This document shows, in pieces, positions 59,401-64,000 of a stretch of 64,000 nucleotides of DNA (position 1 is the first letter of the stretch; every line of letters begins with the position of its first letter). Under the pieces are notes generated by a model. That model ran no database searches, was not told the DNA's origin, and was given only the letters and a program-made list of their open reading frames with translations. A program made the position numbers and the translations under genes. Source of the stretch: an archaeon (lineage in GTDB: Archaea; Nanobdellota; Nanobdellia; Woesearchaeales; UBA9642); the NCBI GenBank assembly GCA_020057295.1, contig JAGVGF010000002.1, positions 64,001 through 128,000 of the forward strand, given 5' to 3'.

Positions 59401-59596
59401 TAATAAATTAGATCTAAAATATACTGAATATTTACTAGAACATATAGAATCTTATATTAGACAGGAGAATAAAACTGCTGCAATATTAGAATTTGATAAG
59501 TTAGAAAAAACTTACAATAGATTAGATGACTCTTATAAGGCTAGAATTAGTGATAAATTCAAAAATGCCTTAGAAAAAATAAAAACAGTACTATAG
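56420..59596 (+). CDS. Large membrane-anchored surface protein (Ig-like/PKD/carboxypeptidase-regulatory-like domains, coiled coil, TM, cytoplasmic helical repeats)
   Basis: Signal peptide; very dense N-x-S/T sequons; PKD-like YKWTMHD...GTYKVNLNVNDS; TDSNGIATF; YKWRVECFD; TM IMIVLILVLLMFYLVL; TPR-like cytoplasmic tail. Confidence 0.7.
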   Translation: MNKKTIIGIGIFVILVTLLLTFGLTKTVNAQSIITNNSNTALNSITYQLDIAELNLSNINNMQFDSNTNTTTITNISNIINYECSLGINNYTYLNGGSTTTLNALINIMQSLNITLTDNYYALALNCTYNITSFNTTTYIVLYYNETSNDTYNITNISSYNVSSQTFIPTIKNILVDTSNPMILLYAPINSSIYTNNSNTTVTLNFTISDLSQTNCTLSLNNNTDNLQSNITSIQYILPLGNYTYNLSCIDALNNSNLNSSNFKVLSNVTPVEDVFLNIQLTKPSFGLGEIGQYIINANNNSNVTITICPVASGWVQCYVTPVFVNYTYPLTQALPYTNKTGKYMIQAVMNYKNYTLSTNTTYDTANTITATITASNITVGVGSIITFNAVASGGIGTYSYKWTMHDNTRFDGTSAYKNYTSSGTYKVNLNVNDSQGNQYNTSIDVVIKNYYTLTVVVTDKDTGSRITDSKVEVNNDIRQTDSNGIATFRLLDNSYDIYVSKNNYGGYVNSVGLSADRTVYMNMSFQDVVPPRITLLTDNDFVFSQDNVKLKFKADDATNVACSLYTASMNDSWYTLKDSGDNLLANTEYTFELTNLSYGGYKWRVECFDTEKNKGVSEERKFVISDSNTALVLQYTNSNSDAINTALDNLNKLSGEESEVADILTVREDLKDLLERINRMDKDIHDLAFRRDLDEKGKQDVQQNLTQTLEYMKYNTPINIQISDSKTFVKYIKDIDLNILLEEYISIKNMNVNKKAFLESTKSVQSKAVISTRVRSVVLHYLDGKTKEITLVTKTIKPSTSDDELLFENSKTITFVEVVPKSIASSMKQLNMLNKEYTVLKDDPVIEFAPNIKTINYYIDKKVDAQDFQKVDTVIIDKNINALRSPTGLAILGVDNISDIPIDGQTIMIVLILVLLMFYLVLHFELIDKLRSIGFGSKKKITYVKVLINDALDYLEAEDYEKAAFVYREIKLSYESSNSFVRKKVYTESYELCNKLDLKYTEYLLEHIESYIRQENKTAAILEFDKLEKTYNRLDDSYKARISDKFKNALEKIKTVL

Positions 59597-59631
59597 TTAA
59601 TATTTTTTTGAAATGTTATGTGAAATAAAAT

Positions 59632-62600
59632 ATGAATCGAAAAATTGATGATTTAATAGAGAAGCGTAAGGACAAAAAGAATTTATTAGCTATTGCTCTA
59701 ATATTTTTTATAGTTTTAGGTTCAATATTTGGATTGATATTGTTGTCAACATTTATTGGCTACGTTTTTGAAAATTATATCGCTGGACAGGCAGGTTATG
59801 TATATAATGTTGTTCTGGAATATCATGAATGTGCTACACTATGGTCTGGAGTTTATGGAGCGGCTGTAATGGTGTTGGGATATAATAATCAAGATGATGT
59901 AATCGTATCCTCATGTGGGATGTATGACCCGAATTTCCTGTTTAAATGTTTGCAACCAAATGCTGAACATGTATTGATGGCATCATTAACTCCTCCTGAT
60001 GCTATAGATTTTAACACTTTACAACCAGCTACTGCTTTAGATGTAGATAATTATTTAGGTGTTGATGCACTAAATATGATGTCTGGCAGCAAAACATTTT
60101 TACAAACAGTATCTTACACCATTGATAGTACACAATATAATGTTCCTGGAACGTATACTTATAACAGTAGTAAAAATCCTTCATTTGATTTAGGTATATT
60201 AAAGGATGGTAATGGTTCTCTTATATTTATTACTCATATAAATGCAAATTTTAGTAGAGGATTCAATAATAAATTATATAATTATCAGATGATACTTCCT
60301 GTACGTAATAATACTAATCCTGATTATTATTTTTTTACAGATCCAAGTTATGTTTGTCCAGCTGGAGAAGGTACTAATCCTAACTCTGGATATGTTATTG
60401 GTAATGTTACTAGTAATACTGGGGAAAGATTATCAGGAGTAATAGTTGATATCGCTGGTAAAACTACAGCAACAGATATCAATGGATTTTATAATCTTAC
60501 AGCATATGGCGGGAATTATTATATCTATGGTATAAAGACAGGATATCAAGCATATGTCAGCAATATCACTGTATTATCTGGCAACCTTACTGTTCATGAT
60601 TTTGTTATGATTCCTGCAACTATCCCTAATCCTAATACTGGTCCTGGTGTTGGCCCTGGTGTTGGTCAAGGTCCTGGTATTGGTCCAGGCCAAGATGTTG
60701 GTCCGGGTGAAGCTCCAAGAGTTCCAATTGTTGAACAGCCAAAAAAAATTGAAGGTATAGACTATATTATATCTATATCAAAAATTGATAGAAAACTAAT
60801 TATAGGAAATTTCCTACAAGAAATTATAGCATTTTATAGTTATAAGAAAAACACTGCAAGTTTACAGTTTAGTATAGAAGATGATAATAGTACTAATAGT
60901 ACTGATTTCATGTTATCCAAACTTATAAAATTAGATAAACCATCAATGGCAGTATTCCCAAATACAAATGATCAATTAACATTAACAGTTTTCGGGGATG
61001 GAATTCCTGGAGTATATAATGGATCATTAGTTATTGATGGAGATTTAAAAGAAAAGATACCTATACGAATAGAATTATTAGATAAAGAAAGATTGCCTGT
61101 GCAAGCATTATTAATAACTTTAGATTTAGATAAACGTAGCATATTCTCTAGTGATAAATTAAAATTTAAGACAGATTTACATAATTTATTGTCAGATCAA
61201 TCTTATCCTGTGTCTTTACAATTTACGATTCAGGATAGTAAAGGAAAAACTGTATGGGCTGATTCTGCTAATGTTTATGTTCAAACATCATTTTCATTAC
61301 TAAAATCTGCACAACTTCCAGATAATATTCCTACAGGCGATTATGTGTTAAGAGTTACGGCTAATTATTTAGGATTATCTGGTGGTTCAAGTACAGTATT
61401 TAGTGTGGTATTGCCATTTTACGAAGTAATATTCTGGGGATTAAAACTATGGATATGGGCTGCAATAATATTAGCATTACTAACCATTGGACTTGCATAT
61501 TTCTTAATTAGAAGATATATCCAAAGCAAAAAGAGATATGCATTCAAGCTTGAAATGTCAGAACTACCGAAACCTGGACCAAGATCTGCATGGGTTGGTA
61601 AAGTTGCAGAGACAGAACATAAGACATACTTCGATTTAGAACAATTTAAAGTACACACTATTGTTGCAGGAGCAACTGGTGGTGGTAAATCTGTAGCTGC
61701 ACAAGTAATTGTTGAAGAAGCACTTTTAAAGAATGTTGCAGTCATAGTGTTCGATCCAACAGCGCAATGGTCTGGAATGTTAAGAAAATGTAATGATAAA
61801 TTTATGTTGAGTTTATATCCTAATTTTGGAATGAAGCCATCAATGGCCAGAGCATTTAACGGTAATGTTAAACAAATAACTAATGCGCTTGAATTAATTG
61901 ATATTAAAAAATATATTAAGCCTGGAGAAATTCAAATATTAGCATGTAATAAATTAGATCCTAAAGATATTGATATATTTGTTGCCAACAGTATTAGAGA
62001 AGTATTCCACGCAAATTTTGGTGAAGCACCAGAACTAAGATTATTATTAGTTTACGATGAAGTACACAGATTATTACCTAAATTCGGAGGATCTGGAGAA
62101 GGATTCTTACAAATAGAAAGAGGATGCAGAGAATTCAGAAAATGGGGTATTGGAATATTAATGATTTCACAAGTATTAGCAGACTTCGTTGGACAAATTA
62201 AAGCAAACATAAACACAGAAATACAGATGAGAACTAGAGATGAAGGAGATTTAGGAAGGATTAAAGAAAAATATGGTGTAGAAGTATTACAAGGCTTAGT
62301 TAAAGCTAGTGTAGGTTCTGGAATGGTAGAAAATCCTACATATAATAGGGGTAGACCTTATTTCGTAGCATTCAGACCATTATTACACAATACACAAAGA
62401 TTACCAGATGAAGAATTGGAAAAATACAATAAATGGAATGAGATAATTGCAGATATGGGATATCAAATAGAACAATTAGAAGACTTAAAACAAGATGTAT
62501 TCGATCTAAAATTACAGTTAAAACTTTCCTTAGATAAGGTTAAATCTGGAAATTTCAACATGGTAGAAATATATTTACAAGAAGTAACTCCTAGATTAAT

Positions 62601-63525
62601 TAAACTTTGGGACAAATTAGGAAAGAAACCTAAGAAGAGAGAAGTAAAAACTGTAGACTTAAATGCATTAAAAGAAGAAATGCGTAAGGGAGAGGAAGAA
62701 CGTAAGAAGGCTGCAGCACAGGAAAAGAAAGATCATCCAGAAGGCGAAGCTGCAAAAGCTGAAGAGAAAAAAGTCTTAAAGTATGATTATGTTGTTGATA
62801 TTAAAGATAATTTAAATTTCAGTAATGGTGTTGCAATAGCAAGTTTACAAGAATTATCTGATGTAATGCCAAATATTACTGGGCCAACACTAAAACATCA
62901 TGTTGGAAAGGACAAGAACGAAATTGCAGATTGGGTTAGAGATAAATTTGGTGATGTTGAACTTGGAGAGAAATTACGTGTTTGTAAAACTACAGAAGAA
63001 TTTGTCAAAGTAATAACAGAAGATAAATCTAAAAATAATAAACCATTTACACCAACAAAATCAGGAGCTGCACCAGTAGCTGTTCCACCAACTCCATCTG
63101 TTACAGCGTCTCCTATAATTTCATCAGTTCCTATAACTCCACAAATTAATCCTGATACAGGAGAAGGTGAAAGTGTAGCATGGAACGATATAAAGCCAAA
63201 ACTTAAATCTTTGAATAGTGACGAACAGATAGCATTATTAGAAAAATCTGTAAAAAAATATCCTCAAGATATCAATATAAAATTCCCATTAGCATTATTA
63301 CATCATAAAACAAAAGATTATGACAAAGCAGAAAAAATGTATAAGGAAATACTAGAATTATATCCGAAAAATACTAAAGCATTATTCTACCTTGGTGGAT
63401 TAATGAAATCTAAAAAGAGTTATGATGATGCACTAAAATATTTTAATATATATCTTGAATTAAAAAAGAATGATTCAAAAGTTAAAGACTTAATAAAACA
63501 GATTGAAGAAAAAAATAAGAAATAG
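59632..63525 (+). CDS. Membrane-spanning HerA/VirB4-like (DUF87-type) P-loop ATPase fused to a large extracellular domain, a DUF5752-like domain and TPRs
   Basis: N-terminal TM; extracellular beta-rich region including GNVT...TDINGFYNL; second TM about 61432-61509; Walker A GATGGGKS, VFDPT, Walker B LLVYDEVH, REFRKWG, ISQ, ANINT; HHVGKDKNEIADWV module; C-terminal TPRs. Confidence 0.8.
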   Translation: MNRKIDDLIEKRKDKKNLLAIALIFFIVLGSIFGLILLSTFIGYVFENYIAGQAGYVYNVVLEYHECATLWSGVYGAAVMVLGYNNQDDVIVSSCGMYDPNFLFKCLQPNAEHVLMASLTPPDAIDFNTLQPATALDVDNYLGVDALNMMSGSKTFLQTVSYTIDSTQYNVPGTYTYNSSKNPSFDLGILKDGNGSLIFITHINANFSRGFNNKLYNYQMILPVRNNTNPDYYFFTDPSYVCPAGEGTNPNSGYVIGNVTSNTGERLSGVIVDIAGKTTATDINGFYNLTAYGGNYYIYGIKTGYQAYVSNITVLSGNLTVHDFVMIPATIPNPNTGPGVGPGVGQGPGIGPGQDVGPGEAPRVPIVEQPKKIEGIDYIISISKIDRKLIIGNFLQEIIAFYSYKKNTASLQFSIEDDNSTNSTDFMLSKLIKLDKPSMAVFPNTNDQLTLTVFGDGIPGVYNGSLVIDGDLKEKIPIRIELLDKERLPVQALLITLDLDKRSIFSSDKLKFKTDLHNLLSDQSYPVSLQFTIQDSKGKTVWADSANVYVQTSFSLLKSAQLPDNIPTGDYVLRVTANYLGLSGGSSTVFSVVLPFYEVIFWGLKLWIWAAIILALLTIGLAYFLIRRYIQSKKRYAFKLEMSELPKPGPRSAWVGKVAETEHKTYFDLEQFKVHTIVAGATGGGKSVAAQVIVEEALLKNVAVIVFDPTAQWSGMLRKCNDKFMLSLYPNFGMKPSMARAFNGNVKQITNALELIDIKKYIKPGEIQILACNKLDPKDIDIFVANSIREVFHANFGEAPELRLLLVYDEVHRLLPKFGGSGEGFLQIERGCREFRKWGIGILMISQVLADFVGQIKANINTEIQMRTRDEGDLGRIKEKYGVEVLQGLVKASVGSGMVENPTYNRGRPYFVAFRPLLHNTQRLPDEELEKYNKWNEIIADMGYQIEQLEDLKQDVFDLKLQLKLSLDKVKSGNFNMVEIYLQEVTPRLIKLWDKLGKKPKKREVKTVDLNALKEEMRKGEEERKKAAAQEKKDHPEGEAAKAEEKKVLKYDYVVDIKDNLNFSNGVAIASLQELSDVMPNITGPTLKHHVGKDKNEIADWVRDKFGDVELGEKLRVCKTTEEFVKVITEDKSKNNKPFTPTKSGAAPVAVPPTPSVTASPIISSVPITPQINPDTGEGESVAWNDIKPKLKSLNSDEQIALLEKSVKKYPQDINIKFPLALLHHKTKDYDKAEKMYKEILELYPKNTKALFYLGGLMKSKKSYDDALKYFNIYLELKKNDSKVKDLIKQIEEKNKK
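60640..60708 (+). repeat. In-frame Gly-Pro-Gly repeat linker (GPGVGPGVGQGPGIGPGQDVGPG)
   Basis: Degenerate 12-nt repeats ggtcctggtgtt within the ATPase gene. Confidence 0.8.
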
Positions 63526-63556
63526 AAATACTATAAAAAATAGAAATACTATAAAA
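63521..63556 (+). repeat. Perfect 18-bp tandem duplication AATAGAAATACTATAAAA x2
   Basis: Read directly; overlaps the ATPase stop codon. Confidence 0.85.
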
Positions 63557-63587
63557 GATAACACATCAATTGAGAGAAAAATAAAAT

Positions 63588-64000
63588 ATGAGTAAACTTT
63601 CAGAAATCACAAAACCAGAGAATAAATTCTATACTGTAGATGGTCAATCATTAGTAATATTACAAGATTTAGTGAATTATTTATTGATTTGTGATGAAGA
63701 TTTATATGCATATCATGTTAATGATACTAAGAATGATTTTGCAAATTGGGTTAGAGAAGTATTGGTTCATCCAGATTTATCAGAATCAATGATGAAATGC
63801 AAAAATGTTAAAGAATGTAGAAATATTTTATTAGAATTCTTAAAAATATTAGATAATAACTCTTCATCCATAAGTAAAGAGAAGAATTTTTACACTTATG
63901 ACGGTATTAGATTAAGGAATCTACACGAATTATATTATTATATTAATAATTCCGATGAGCACGCGTATAATATGCATGTTAATTCAGAAAAGAATGATTT
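63588..64000 (+). CDS. Tandem DUF5752-like repeat protein (partial, runs off the window)
   Basis: Manual translation MSKLSEITKPENKFYTVDGQSLVILQDL...YHVNDTKNDFANWVREVL...then NFYTYDGIRLRNLHEL...MHVNSEKND, i.e. two copies of the F..DG..L.L.[DE]L...HV....NDF..WV module. Confidence 0.75.
   Translation, partial: MSKLSEITKPENKFYTVDGQSLVILQDLVNYLLICDEDLYAYHVNDTKNDFANWVREVLVHPDLSESMMKCKNVKECRNILLEFLKILDNNSSSISKEKNFYTYDGIRLRNLHELYYYINNSDEHAYNMHVNSEKND

Noticed and set aside
64-61745. Many 60-160 aa ORFs antisense or out of frame to long genes (e.g. 64-252, 11904-12287, 18135-18524, 30913-31344, 52004-52486, 61419-61745)
   Set aside because: They lie within well-supported genes and have no motifs; typical shadow ORFs
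59632-63525. Housekeeping HerA of the HerA-NurA repair system or a HerA anti-phage system
   Set aside because: No nurA/mre11/rad50, SIR2 or nuclease partner nearby in the window, and the protein has two TMs with a large ectodomain
1-64000. CRISPR array, transposase, integrase or prophage
   Set aside because: No regularly spaced repeats, terminal inverted repeats or recognisable recombinase/capsid genes were seen by eye

Overview
A very AT-rich, gene-dense archaeal chromosomal segment. The evidence is AglB, TATA/BRE promoters, GGTGA-type Shine-Dalgarno sites, an unlinked 5S rRNA, SAMP/UbaA/NcsA/Elp3 and a double Lrp protein; the gene repertoire suggests a DPANN lineage, probably Woesearchaeota-like (inference). 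Left to right: (1) a DedA protein, a free-standing LAGLIDADG ORF and an intronless tRNA-Trp; (2) Ig/PKD-type surface proteins, including one whose C-terminus resembles a bacterial outer-membrane beta-barrel; (3) a ~30 kb N-glycosylation/surface-glycan locus (aglB, an ArnE/F-like pair, an ArnT-like GT, many GTs and methyltransferases, a CDP-glucose pathway, a split transketolase, a flippase); (4) 5S rRNA and RNA-metabolism genes; (5) nrdJ-nrdR with four NrdR-box-like palindromes around a TATA box; (6) a compact wobble-U34 modification cluster and gpmI; (7) a right-end operon with a structured leader, two ribbon-helix-helix proteins, a large glycosylation-site-rich surface protein, a 1297-aa extracellular-Ig/TM/HerA-VirB4-like ATPase/DUF5752-like/TPR fusion and a tandem DUF5752-like protein. 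That last operon is my best candidate for an undescribed system, and the beta-barrel-like protein is second. All calls come from reading motifs by eye; no database searches were run.
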